Assembly (NCBI RefSeq): GCF_004010195.1
Contig: NC_057720.1
Coordinates: 14,945,939-15,009,938, forward strand
Origin: Chiloscyllium plagiosum
Lineage: Eukaryota
Direction: 5' to 3'
Length of the DNA: 64,000 bases
Positions 23,925 through 37,050 of this stretch are shown in pieces. A program made the translations under genes and the position numbers. Below the pieces are notes generated by a model. It had not been told where the DNA came from. It worked only from the letters and a program-made list of their open reading frames with translations, and ran no database searches. The stretch's first letter is position 1, and the number at the start of each line of letters is the position of its first letter.

Positions 23925-24285
23925 AGAGGCGATGGCCTAGCAGTATTATTGTGGGACCGTTAAGCTAGAGACTCAGATAATGTTATGAGGACCTGGGTTT
24001 GAATTCTATCATGGCAGATGGTAGAATTTAAGTTAAATTTTTAAAAACCTGCAACTGAGGGCCTAATGATGATCATGAATCACTTGCCGATAATTGGAGA
24101 AAAACCCATCTGGTTCACTAATGCCGTTTAGGGATGTAAACTGCCATCCTTCCCTCGTCTGGACTATATGTGACTCTAGACCCACGGTGATGTAGTTGAC
24201 TCTTAACTGCCCTCTGGGAACTTAGAGATGGGAAATAAATGCTGGCCTAGCCAATGATGCCCTCATCCCATAAATGAATTTAAAA
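23925..24285 (+). mobile_element. Second tRNA-derived SINE family
   Basis: A-box-like tggcctagcag, B-box-like gggtttgaattc, shared body and tail. Confidence 0.75.
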
Positions 24286-25284
24286 AACACGGATGTTTCT
24301 AGAGCCATGGATGTGTTTCAAGGACAGTACGTTCCCTTTTTGGTGCCAGGGTAAAGGACCTTCTGAAGTTGCAGAACATTATTCTGAGGGAGGGTGATCA
24401 GCAACTGATCCACCTTGCTACCAGTTACTTAGTGGAAAATGAGGATGAGGACCTGAAAGCATTTTCAGGGAGCTAGGTAGGAGATTAAAAAGCAGCTCCT
24501 TGAAAGCAGGAGATCAGGATTACTCCCAGTCCCACACACCGTTGAGCATAACAACAGGGGAATTGAGAGAATTGATGTGTGACTGGAAGACTGGAAAACT
24601 GGAGGCTGCCACATATTCTGAGGCACGGGGATTGATCCTGGCAAAGGTGGGAACTGTGCAAGCCAAGTGGTTTACATCTGAACAGGATAAGGATAAATAA
24701 TCTTGCAGGGAAATTTGTATGTGCTTTCGGGGACAGTATCAGGGGAGGTGGGAACTGGAAGGCAGTTCAGAGCAGGGAATGGGATATAGAAACTCAGAAA
24801 CAAGTGACTCTGAAAGACAGATGGAGCAGATGTTAAAAAAAGAACAGAAACTTGGCAGCACAAAAAGGTGTCTATGTAAATTCAAACTCCAGGAGAATAG
24901 TGAATGAGACTGGTGTGCTGTAGGGACAGATAGATAATTGGCAATGTAATACCATTGCTACAAAGTAAAATTGGCTTAAAGCAGAGCAAGGACAGCAGCT
25001 CAGCATTCCTGACTATAAAGATTTCAGGCAGGATAGAGAAAAGAATAAAAAAAGAAAAAGATCAGGGATAGCTTTATTGGTGAAAGAATCAATCAGAGCT
25101 GTGAGGAAGGATGGTAAACTAATTGAAATATCAAATGAGGTCATATGGATTGAATACAGAAGCAAAAAATGAACAGACACCCTGCTCAGACTACTGATCC
25201 CCAAATAGTGGGACAGAGTTATAGGGGCAACGTTCTGAGTACAAAGTCAACTAGGATCCAAATAGTGGAAATAATACAGAGGAT

Positions 25285-25600
25285 TAGATTAGATTACTTA
25301 CAGTGTGGAAACAGGCCCTTCGGCCCAACAAGTCCACACCGACCCGCCGAAGCGTAACCCACCCATTCCCCTACATTTACCCCTGCACCTAACACTACGG
25401 GCAATTTAGCATGGCCAATTCACCTGACCTGCACATCTTTGGACTGTGGGAGGAAACCGGAGCACCCGGAGGAAACCCACGCAGACACGGGGAGAATGTG
25501 CAAACTCCACACAGTCAGTCGCCTGAGTCGGGAATTGAACCCGGGTCTCTGGCGCTGTGAGGCAGCAGTGCCAACCACTGTGCCACCGTGCCACCCACAA
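25285..25600 (-). mobile_element. Young full-length HE1-type SINE
   Basis: TSD aggat 25280-25284 / 25601-25605; empty site in copy 1 at ~19834. Confidence 0.95.
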
Positions 25601-26679
25601 AGGATGTAAAATCCTTGATATGCATTCAAGAGAACTTTTTTTTAGGACTGGAACATTTGCTGATTTTTCATTATTTTTGTTTTTGTTCTTTATCAATTTT
25701 GGTTTGGAGCTATGAACTAGGAATTGTGACCTGAAAATAACTTGTGGACCTTGGGACAGCTTGTGATAAAAGGAAATGAACAACAAGCTTTGGTTCCTTT
25801 CTGAGGCCAAGCCTGGAGGCTAATTGTAGATTGAGTCTAGATCAAAAGGGTTCCTACTCGGGCAGAGTTTTATGTTTCAACAGATAGCAGAAGTTGATGA
25901 GGTCAGTTTCTGGGAATTGGTTCCAGCAAGTCTGGAAGAGCCCCAATGTTCAAGCAGATGGCTGATGATGAATGGTAATTGAAGGCGTTGGGTCTCTGAG
26001 GGTGGAACCAGAGTTGAATTGTGTTTGAACTGTGTTTTCTGAGGGAGGTGAACTTGACCGATGACAACATAGCATGAAGATTTGTAAGCTCCATACCTAA
26101 CCTCACACTAGCTTTTGGAAGCCAGGAGAGTGGAAAGTTCAATTGGAAGTATTACAGCCCTGACCTGATTGAACAGAGAAGGTGACTCTGATCAGCAGTT
26201 CCAGAAAAGGAGTCCACATTTGTTACTGTGAGACAACATATCATGAAAGCTACAGAAGTAATCTAGCCAGCTTTGTTATTATCTTTTATTTACTCCTGAA
26301 GTGTATTTGTTTGCCTGTCTTAAAAGATTGACGCTGAAAATGAATGTTTCAGGTTTAAAGCATAAACATTAATCAATTTACCTTATTGCTTACTTTTTTT
26401 CTGCTAAAGCTATTATCTATTGAATAAATTGTTAAGTCTTTTATTTTAGGTACAAAATCAGCATCTGAAATTATTTATTAGCAAAGTCAAAAGTCTGGTT
26501 AGGAGCCTATAGTAACTATTGGGAGTCTTCAATGGCTTAATTTTACAGTGTTGCAAATATGGAGGTAGAAAGGTTGTTTGTCTGCATGTCATAACATTAG
26601 GCAGCATGTAGCAAGTCTAAAATGAGAAGGCACAATTCTAGGTTTAGTCTTAGGAAACATAAAAAGTTGAAATAACAGT

Positions 26680-29120
26680 GGGTGACCATTTTGGCAATAG
26701 TGATCATAATAAAGTTAGCTCTAACATTATGGAAAGAGACAGAGGAAGAGCAGGAGTAAACGTTTTAAATTAGTAGAAAGCAAGCATTACAAAGCTAAGA
26801 AATGATCTGGCAAGAATTCAGCTACTTGAAGGATAGTCAGTCAAATTAGTAGGAGGCATTCAAAAACAAAAAATCTTAGGGCACAATGTAGACATGACTC
26901 CAAAAAGAAAAGGGTGCCACTCTTTATCCAGAATCATATTTGTGGTGGCACAGTGGCTCAATGGTTAGCACTGCTGCCTCACAGCACCCAGGACTGGGTT
27001 CGATTCCCACCCTCAGGCAACTGTTTGTGTGGAGTTTGCACATTCGCCCAGTGTCTGTGTGGGTTTCCTCCCACAATCCAAAAATGTGCAGGTCAGGTGA
27101 ATTGGCCATGCAACTTTGCCCGTAGTGTTATGTGCATTAGTCAGGGGTCAATATAGGGTAGAGAAATGGGTCTGGGTGGGTTAACTGTTCGGAGGGTCAG
27201 TGTGGACCTGTTGCACCAAAAGGACCTGTTTCCATACTCTAAGTAATTTAATCATACAGGGTGAGATAAAGAAGCAAAATAGAGCTGATAACAGTCTAAA
27301 AAAACTTTGTGAAGCTAGAGGAATATAGTAAGTACAAGAGTAAAGTAAGGAGAGGAAATAACCCAATATTGGTGAAACAAAGAAAATTCCAATAGTGATG
27401 TATCAGCACATGAAAAGCAGAAGAATGACTAAGGAGAAGAAACAGAAGTAGAAATTCCTTGAGAAAGTTAGCGGATGTGGCAGCAACTTTGGGAGAAAAC
27501 TGAGTTAATAATTTGAGTCCAGTGACTCTTCATCAGAACTGATAGCAGCGAGGAAAAAAATGGTATTTATGCTGAAGACGGGGTGGGCAGGAGTGGAGTG
27601 AGCAGATAGGTGGAGATGCAGCTCAAAGAAAGAGAGAAGTACGAAAGGAATAGGTAGACGAGGGGATTATTGATAGTGAGCCAGGACAGAGAGAGACTGA
27701 GTGAGTGACAATGAGAGGTGAAGTAGGACAGAATGGGGAGGTTGTACTGAAAGCTACCCATGTCATGACAGGACCAGGGTGTTGGGGTGGGTAAAAAACA
27801 CGGAGGAACTGAATCAGGCTCTACTATTATTAAGTGTGATGTTTGGTCTTAGAGATTGCAGGTCCCCAAGTAAAGGATGAGATTCTGTTCTTCGCTGGAA
27901 CACTGTAGCAGGCCAGGGACTGACATGTTGGCCAGGGAACACAATGGTGTATGGAAGCGGTAGGCAACTGGAAGCTCAGGGTCATTTTTATGGACAGAAT
28001 GTAGGTGTCCTGCAAAGCAGTTATCCAGACAGCGTTGTGTCTCCCCAGTGTAGAGGAGATCACATTGAGTAGCAAATACAATAGACTAAATTGAGTGAAG
28101 TAGAGTCAAATCACTTTCAATTGGAAACTGTGTTTGGGGCTTTGGATACTGAGGAGGGAGGAGGTAAATGGGTCAGTGTCGCACCTTCTGTGATTGCAGG
28201 GGAAAGTGCCTTAGGGCTGTGGGTAGGTGTTGGGAGTGAAGGAGGAGTGGACCAGGGTGTCCTGGAGGGAACAGCTCCTGCGGAAGGCTGACAATATGTG
28301 TGGCATCCCGCGAGGTGGTGGAAATGGTGGCTAATGATCTTACGCTTACTCTCGCTTCACGGATGCTGCCTGACCCATTGTGATTTCCAGCATTTTTTTG
28401 TTTTCAGTGCAATCCTATGGATCCTTACAGTGGCTAAGATAAAGGTTGGGCCAATCGGAGTGTATGTGGGAACTTGTTCATGAATGCAGAAGATGTGGGC
28501 GAAATTCCAAATTCGCACTTGATCTCTGTTTTCACAAGGGAGGAGGATGATGCAGGCATTCTAGCTAAAGACGGGAAGTGTGAAACATCCGATGAAATTA
28601 TCATAATGAGAAGGGAGTGACCGACCTTTCTGAAGTTTAACAAAATACCAGGGCTGGAGAATGATATTGCTGGCTGATAAAAGGAACCAGGGAGGAAATT
28701 AGTGGATGTTCTGAGGTACATTTTCCAATCCTCTCTAGACACATGCAGAGGATCAGAGGTCTGTAAACCCTGCACCCTTATTCAAAATGGTGCAAGGAAT
28801 GGACCATGCAAAAATTGGCTGATAGTGCAGAGGATAGCTTTCGACTGCGCAAAGATATTAATCATTTGATTGGATGGGCAAAAATTTGAAAATGGAGTTC
28901 AATGTAGAGAAGTGCAAGGTATTGTATTTGAGAAAGATAAGCAAATCAAGGGATTGCACAATAAAGGGAGAGGTATAGTGAGGGTTAAGAGGAAGTGAGA
29001 GATGTAGGAGCGCATATCCATGGACCCCTGGAGATGGCAGGACAGGTAGATAAGTGGCAAAGAAGGCTTAAGGAATTCTTCACTGAATGGGTATTGAATA
29101 CAAAAGCAGGAGTGTAACAC
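26680..29120 (+). mobile_element. Old CR1 ORF2 remnant split by an HE1 SINE (26940-27250) and a PLE
   Basis: Degenerate GDHFGNSDHN, SVFTRE and WKMEFNVEKCKV motifs. Confidence 0.65.
27440..28410 (-). mobile_element. Degenerate PLE 3' part (family D-like) with inverted terminal arm
   Basis: Minus-strand CTGATGAAGAGTCACTGGACTC at ~27514-27536; GIY-YIG remnant at ~28040-28086; opposite-orientation tail at 28345-28410. Confidence 0.65.
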
Positions 29121-29529
29121 TGAAAAGTACTGTCATAATCCTGGTGCAAATAATGCGCAGGAAATTAAATCCTACTGTGCCAGGAATCATCACGAGTGTG
29201 ACATAGAACCAATTTCATCTCTAGGATTTATAATGCATGGCTACGGCTACTATTTAAGATAAAAGCAACTTACACCAGGTTTCATTAAGAATCGCAAAAA
29301 AAATTAATGGTATCAAACATCCTTGAACATGTGGCAAAACAGATTTTTACGAATATGCAAATTCAGAAGACTCAAATTTAACAAATCCAAACACACACTG
29401 GTTCATCCACAGACTGGATGGACAAGACAGAGGTGAAAAATAGGATTCATTTTCAGAGTACTGCCGGTAGAATGTATCGGTAAAAAAGCACAAAGCTTCT
29501 GAATCAGAGTCCGAAACAAAATGGGAAGA

Positions 29530-29745
29530 ATCATAGAATCTTTACAGTGTGGAAGCAGGCCATTCAGCCCACCGAGTCTACACTGACCCTCCAAAGAGTA
29601 TCCCACTCAGACTCAGTCCGCTACCCTATCCCTACATTTCCCATGGCTAATCCAACAGCCTGCACATCTTTGGACAGTGGGAGGAAACCGGAGCCCCCGG
29701 AGGAAATCCACACAGACACGGGGAGAATGTGCAAACTCCATACAA
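29530..29745 (-). mobile_element. HE1-type SINE, 5'-truncated
   Basis: cctgcacatctttggac..gggagaatgtgcaaactcca. Confidence 0.8.
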
Positions 29746-31129
29746 GAATGAGATGACTTTTCTTCTCACAGTTCCTTCTTTTGGTTTTTGCTGATTATAT
29801 CGTGCCGTCATCGAATACAGCAATCCTCAATTTATGTAGCTGGTCAGTCACATCTAAGTCTTGTCTTGTATTAGAAGTCTTTGTCCTTCTTACAAAATAT
29901 TTGAATGTTAATTGTTTTCAATTAAAAGGAGAATGAGAGTGATTTCAACTGGTGGCAGGCTTGAACATCTGAGACGCAACTGCTTTCTCTCTCCTCTCAA
30001 TTCTGTGTCAAACAGTACTTAAACCAATCTGCCTGGTAGTTATTTTTCTTTTCCAAAGATAATGGGATGCTAGTACAAAGTATGAAAACCCAAAAACACC
30101 ATATGCTTCCACTTTTTGTGAGTTGTAAAAAAAATCCATACTTCCACTTTCTACTTCATATTTCCAAATAAATTATGCATAGTCCATTCATACCTCCACA
30201 CCTTAGAGAGACGAAGCATCATTTTAAATGTGTTATGTTACAGGGGAAGCATGACATGTATGTAAATAAAACACACACAATAAATTACATTTGTATACCC
30301 ACAGCCGTTCTTCATAATACGATTTGTACAATTTCTTGTAATTTTTCTTCTCAAATTTTCAACCTATGTTTACAAATATTTCCTTACATTCTTAATACTG
30401 AGTCTGCAATTCTGTCAGGCGATGTGAACAATCCTAATATTATCAAGTTAAATTAACAAGCTTCATCGAAACGATCTTGCATTTTTAGACTTTAATATTT
30501 TTCAACAAAAGCCAAAACATTATGGGTCCAGGGTTATTGTTTAAGAGCTCAAACATAAAACTAGTGTCATCCGATCTTTGTTTATCAGCATGGACATGAC
30601 AGGCCAAATAGTCTCCTTTTGTCATATAAATGTTTATGAGTCAATGAGACTCATAGTGTTTATTTGGTGTCATAATGAACATTAACTTTAAAATATTTAA
30701 GCATCAGTAACAATTCCAGAATCTCCTTTTCCTCGCACGTTCCTTCTGGGAAAAAAATATGCTGGAAATCGGGCCCTGCTATTCCATGATTCATCTCAAA
30801 TTTAAATATGATTTATTTATTCTCTAAGATCACTATAGTGACCTGAGTGTGACCGTGATTTCAGTTAAAAGAAACTCACACCAGGTTTCAGCAATGAATA
30901 AGATATTGAGAATATTGGAGCTAGTCAGTCACTGATGCTATGACCTGTAGAGATAACGGAAAGTGAAATTCTACAAGAGTAACATTTTGAACTATTTTAT
31001 GACAGTGTTCCGACTAAATCTGAGACATATAGAGTTTTACAGGCAGAAGAGAATGCTCTGAAAAGGTGAGATGACTTGGAAAATGACTAAACTTTATGAG
31101 TCCCTCAGGAAATTCTAATGACAGATCAC

Positions 31130-31293
31130 CTTTTACAACATTTAAGAGGCATTTGGATGGGTATATGAATAGGAAAGGTTTGGAGAGATATGGGCTGCGT
31201 GCTGGCAGGTGGGACGAGATTGGGTTGGGATATCTGGTCGGCATGGACGGGTTGGACTGAAGGGTCTGTTTCTACATCTCTATGATTCTATGA
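31130..31293 (+). mobile_element. HER1/CR1 3' tail
   Basis: acatttaagaggcatttggatggg..tctatgattctatga. Confidence 0.8.
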
Positions 31294-33197
31294 CCTAACT
31301 ATTAGGAAAACAGGTGAGAATTTTTTTGTTGGTCAAAACTAAAACATTTTTGTTGGTCAAAATTGCATTAAAATATGGTCAAATATTGCCAGATATGTCA
31401 GAAAACAGGGGAGAAAAACACCCACTGATTAAACTTACACTTTTAATTCTGCTAAGGTACCTTTGAAGAACTGTTCAGCAGGATCACAATGGATTGTATC
31501 GGCTCCTACCAAAAACCAATGGGAATGGGAACCAATATTTTTTAACCCTTTTACTGTTTCAGCAAGATTTCTCAAATGCCTTTAGCTAAAAAAAAATCAA
31601 CAAAATTGCAGTGGAAAACTTAGCTCAAGGGTTTGCAAGATATGGATTACCCAAAGAAATCCAATCAAGTCAAGGCTCAAATTTTTAGGTCATGACTATT
31701 CAAAGAAAGTAAACTAGTTTAGGAAATAGAGTAAATTACCTTTTCCTTTAATTGCCAACATTAACATTGGAAAGGTCACATCCAATTGTGAAATGCATTA
31801 AATACACTCTATTGTCAAGAACGTCCTAATGATTGGGATAAAGGAATTTCCTTGTTGTTGTTTTCCATTAGGGATGATCCTAATGACTCCACAGGATTCA
31901 ATCATTTTGACCTGATATATGCACATGACGTTTTATCTATCACATACATGAAGGAAACCGAATGTTGTGAACCAAATGGACTTATGTAATGTATGGTTGC
32001 TATCAAATTCATTGTATATTTAAGATCAATATATTACTAATATCAATGTAACATTAAATAGTACTAAAATATTTGAGATAGGAAATGAAAATGCCTTTTA
32101 AGGATACATTTTCATTCTTCTTTGATGGGAGTTAGAACGAAAGTTTAGAATTTCTACAAATAACTACGTCAAACATTCCTTCTGGAACATTGTCAGAGAG
32201 CAGGGACACACACAGTGTTGATGGAAGATTGTTATGACTGGAGTAGTTTATGACAGGTGGCTAAACATTGATAAAGAGGAATAATTTCTCTAGATTTGAA
32301 TAATTACAAAGTGATGGGGTTTGGGGATAGATTGAAACCATATTTTACTGTGTGCTTAAAGATTATTTTTGTAATTAAGTTCTATAACTAGATAACTTGG
32401 TTTTTTTTAGTTAATTTTTATGTAAAACTTTTCTGTTCTTTTGTTGAAGAAACTCTTGTATAATTATGTTTCTCAATGTTATTTTTTTAAAATATGTCTA
32501 ATAGGCCAGATTTCATTCTGAGATCTGTGTTGTTCAATAGTGACATCAGCAGAGATTGTGCCAATGTAAGACATCCAGATCTTGGTGTGTGTGAGATACT
32601 TTGAAAGTTTGAATTTAATGCAAAACATGGGAATACTGTATAATGTGATAACTGTTAGGACTTTAACAATAGGAATGTATTGGATATATTCCAAAAATAC
32701 AGAGGTCTTATTGTTTCACCAAGATTGTCAACTTGTCTCTCTTTATTTCTGTTATGTAGAACAAAGAGACTTCACCAGATTTATTCAATAAATGTAAAAA
32801 TAACCTATGTATTTAAAAAAAAAATGCTACTTTTTTCGAGCAACATGAAGAATTCCTCCATATCCTTTCTCCATATTTTGGGAATGCCTGTTCAAATGTA
32901 AACATTTTCTCACAGGACTTTAGATTACGACTAGAACTTTCCTTATCAGAATGGTCAGAATCAGGATTTGCAGACTCTTTCTTTTTAAACTGTGGCCTTT
33001 TCAGTTGATAACTCACTTCTCTTTTTTCCGTTTGAAATTCTAGCTACAACTTCTTAAATGCTCCCTTCTTTCCTTTTTCCTTTCCCTTTCTGAATTGCAA
33101 CTTCACTTTCATGTTTATTTAAACTTCTTTTTGCATTTTAAACTGCTTTGACTCTAATTGGTTTCTAATCCTAACAACCCACCACTTAGTGTGCCTA

Positions 33198-33316
33198 ATT
33201 CCTGACGAAGGGCTTTTGCCTGAACGGTCGATTTTCCTGCTCTTTGGATGCTGCCTGACCTGCTGTGCTTTTCCAGCACCACTCTAATCTAGACTCTAAT
33301 CTGCAGTACCCACTTT
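33198..33316 (+). mobile_element. Solo family A hammerhead mini-element with mutated core
   Basis: attc-CTGACGA-A-GGGC..; possible TSD tgccta 33192-33197 / 33317-33322. Confidence 0.8.
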
Positions 33317-33949
33317 TGCCTAGCTCCTTTAGTATCTCCATCAATCCCATATGCTGTGCCAACATGTTCATTAACTCTGCTTTCTGAGCTTTATTTTAGG
33401 AAATCCCACATTTCACTCCTTCCCCAATTCTAGCTAAAAATTGGTTAAGTCTTGTAAACCATTCTGGGATACCTCCTCCATCTTTAAAACAAGAGTTTTA
33501 GTTACTTCCAATGCCAATTTAGTTTTATAATATGAGAGACCAAGTATCTATTTTTCTATCTATTACCAAATATTAATGCTGCTTGTCTAATCTTAGATTG
33601 TTTGCATCCAAAAATCCCAGATGAGCCCTCAATCTTTGTAACGACTCTGATCAGAGGAGGATGGTAGAAAACAAGTCACTTCATAAGCCATAGTAAAGAT
33701 GTAAGTGTCTTATTTAAGCATCGAGATGGCCAACTTGTTTCTCTTTATTACTGTCATGTAAAACAAGAGACTTTATGCTGGTTTCTCCAATAAACTCCAA
33801 AATAACTTGTTTATTAAGAACAAGCTTAATCTTTAAACAAGGTTTATTAAATAAGATATTATCCAGCCTTAAACTATAGTTCCCTTAATCATATCATACA
33901 TACACACATTCATTCACAGATAGGACAAGATATATAGCTATGCAAAGGT

Positions 33950-34794
33950 TGTGACGATGTTGCAGCTTTGAGATTATTTTGTCCTTGTTTTTTCTTTGAA
34001 GAGAGGTTTTAAGGTAGAGGGCATGAGTAGCCTACCAAGACCTCTTGAGTAAACTGCTTGGGAGGCCTTGGGATTCTTTTTTTTACAGGATCAGTGGTGC
34101 TGGAAGAGCACAGCAATTCAGGCAGCATCCGAGGACAGGCAAAATCGACATTTCGGGCAAAAGCCCTTCATCAGGCTTTTGCCCGAAACGTTGATTTTGC
34201 CTGTCCTCGGATGCTGCCTGAATTGCTGTGCTCTTCCAGCACCACTGATCCAGAATCTGGTTTCCAGCATCTGCAGTCATTGTTTTTACCTTCTTTTTTT
34301 TACAGCCTGAATGGCTGTGGCCAGCTCTCACAGATCAGGATTTCTGGGTTTTGGTTTCTCAGTAGCATCAGAAGCTGTTGAGACCACAACAGAGTTGAAA
34401 GCTTCAATGACTGTCTCCCGACTGCTACTATCTCTGAATTTTCAGTTAATGTTTTTTTCCTCCTGGATTGGAGAACTGCATGTGAGAATCTGTGTCTGAA
34501 TTTTCCTTTTTGCTGAGGGATGTGTTAATAGGACGTTACTATATTGGAACAGTTAATTAGTACTAGTTACTGTTTCTGTTGTTCTGTTAATAGAATTGAA
34601 TTATTCTAAGTTCCTCTTTCTTTGTTTGCATTTTACCTGCAGTGTTTAAATAAATTGTGTTTTGCTTGAAGTTGAGTAGTTTAACCAGTCGTATTGCACC
34701 CGGAGCAGCCTCTTCATGTTTACTTTAAAAATAATAAAAAATTAGAGTCTATGCTGCCTTCTTAAAATATTTTTAGGGAGTCTGGTCTATAATA
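33950..34794 (+). mobile_element. Solo LTR (Gypsy-like)
   Basis: Starts TGTGACG; 4-bp TSD aggt 33946-33949 / 34795-34798; homologous to 41054-41720; internal AATAAA. Confidence 0.75.
34089..34290. mobile_element. Palindromic PLE mini-element (family A)
   Basis: Inverted arms meeting at tcagg|cttttgccc; 15-bp TSD ttcttttttttacag 34074-34088 / 34291-34305. Confidence 0.9.
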
Positions 34795-35489
34795 AGGTAC
34801 AACACATTTTGAAAAAAGTAGGCGAAAATAAATGAATCTCTTTAGGTCCAGGGTTCAAACCACAAGGTAAACAATTCAACTTCTCACATTTAATTTCAAA
34901 AAGATCAAGTTGCTATCAGGTGCAGAATGATGGAAAATCTTAAATTCAGGTGAAACACCATTTAGATCCAGGTCCTTAAATTGAGTACTAAGGTCAGCTT
35001 TCAGAGTTTATGAGGAGATTGGCTTGTGGAACCATCTCAGGTTCCCAGCAAATATTTCCTTGAGCTATTTCTACAGCTGTTTCTTTCAAGTGCTACAATT
35101 TATTCTCGCTCACACATACACAGATCTTTCACTCCTGCTAGCTTCCTTCCAATTGAATCACATCTTTGCATGCCCTGGAACAGTAACTCTACTTCAGAGG
35201 CTGTTGCTAGGCAACGTTCAGTATAAGGCCTCTTCAAAAAATCAAGTTGCTTGTATAGCAATTCAGGCCATGAACATGACTTCTTATCCATGTTTTAAAA
35301 GCTTTGGGTTGTCTCCTTTCTAAATTTATTTGCTTTTATGGTAAACAGCAAATAAAGCACAGTTCTCCTTTACTTCTGACTTTTTGTAAGAAATCACACG
35401 ACAGGATTTGGCAACTCAGTAATGTAAAACTAGTTCCATTTTTGAGTTTATCCTGATATATATTGAATAGGAGAACAATCATGTAAAAT

Positions 35490-37050
35490 TTCACAATGAT
35501 ATTGACAAATTGATGGAGTGAGCAGGTAGACAGCAGATGATGTTCAGTGCAGAGAAGTGTGAGGTGATTTATTTTGGTACAATGACTGTGGAGAGACAGT
35601 ATAAAGTGAAGTTTAAAGGGCCCTTGTGTGCAGTTGTAGTGTCCCTACTGTTGACCTAGGAGGCCTGGATTCAAGTCCCACCTGCTCCAGAGGTTTATCA
35701 TAAAATATTTGAACAAGTTTTTAAAAATAACTAAAATGAAGGCTACTAAATGGCGTAGAAGAGCAAGGAGACCTGGGTGTATCTGTACATAAATTAACAA
35801 AGGTGGCAGAATAGTTAGACAGAGATGTTAATAAAGTATACAGTATTCTAGGAGTAGACATTATGAGAGCAAGGAGGCTATGCTAAACTTATAAGACATT
35901 AGTTAGACCTCAGCTGAAGTATGGTGTACAGTGTTGAATATCCCAGTATAGGATTAATGACAATGCATTGGACAGAATGCAGAAGTGGTTTATAAAAATA
36001 TTCCATGGATGAGAAACATCAGTTATCAGGATAATTTAGACAATTTGGGATGGCTTTCATTAAACAAGGCTATGTGGAGATTGGACAGAAGCTTTCAAAA
36101 TCATGAATTGCCTGGAGACAACAGATGGGGAGAAAATGTTCCTACTCAAAAAGGAATGAGAAGGGCTGAGAGGTGGCAAATGGAGTTTAACGCGGACAAG
36201 TGTGAGGTGATTCACTTTGGTCAGAGTAACCAGAATGCAAAGTACTGGGCTAATGGTAAGATTCTTGGTAGTGTAGATGAGCAGAGAGATCTCAGTGTCC
36301 AGGTACTCAGATCCTTCGAAGTTGCTACCCAGGTTGACAGAGTTGTTAAGAAGGCATACAGTGTTTTAGCTTTTATTAATAGAGGGATCGAGCTCCATTG
36401 GAGAGAAGAAGGTTGAGAGGTGACTTAATAGAGGCATATAAGATAATCAGAGGGTTAGATAGGGTGGACAGGGAGAGCCTTTTTCCAAGTATGGTGACGG
36501 CGAGCACAAGGAGGCATAGCTTTAAATTGAGGGGTGATAGATATAGGACAAACGTCAGAGGTAGTTTCTTTACTCAGAGAGTAGTAAGGGTATGGAATGC
36601 TTTGCCTGCAACGGTAGTAGATTCGCCAACTTTAAGTACACTTAAGTCGTCATTGGACAAGTACATGGAATAGTGTAGGTTAGATCGGCTTCAGATTGGT
36701 ATGACAGGTCGGCGCAACATTGAGGGCCGAAGGGCCTGTACTGCGCTGTAATGTTCCATGTTCTATGTTCTATGTTAAGGCACAAATTTAAAAATGTCTA
36801 ATGAAGAAACAAATGTGAGGTATGGAAAAAACTTTTTCTCATAGAACCCAACTCCTGGAATTGTGGAGGGGATTGTTCATTTGAGGCATTCAAGAGGGGA
36901 TTTCATGATTATTGAAATATAAACAGTGTTCAGGGATCAGGAGGGGGAGGGTGGAAGGTAAGAAACTGGCACTGAACCAAAATGTTCAGAGAACCCCAGT
37001 GCAGACATGATGGACTATTGGCCTTGTTCTGTGTCATTATAATTCTATGA
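35490..37050 (+). mobile_element. Nested CR1 3' fragments (younger copy 36160-36775), including a short tRNA-like SINE at ~35618-35720
   Basis: ORFs WQMEFNADKCEVIHFG and RRLRGDLIEAYKI; tail (atgttct)n. Confidence 0.8.

Larger units (their letters stand above)
22304..26091 (+). repeat. Duplicated segment, copy 2
   Basis: Begins at an N gap; has an extra 1036 bp (23183-24218) and an extra HE1 SINE relative to copy 1. Confidence 0.95.
32650..35400 (-). mobile_element. Internally deleted LTR retroelement (Gypsy-like): LTR, tRNA-Pro PBS, gag-like remnant, partial second LTR
   Basis: Minus-strand TGAGGGCTCATCTGGGAT (33631-33614) matches 15/18 of the tRNA-Pro PBS, next to an LTR end ..GTTACA at 33637; 32735-32815 resembles 33735-33815; decayed ORF from ~33517; outer limits uncertain. 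Confidence 0.6.
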
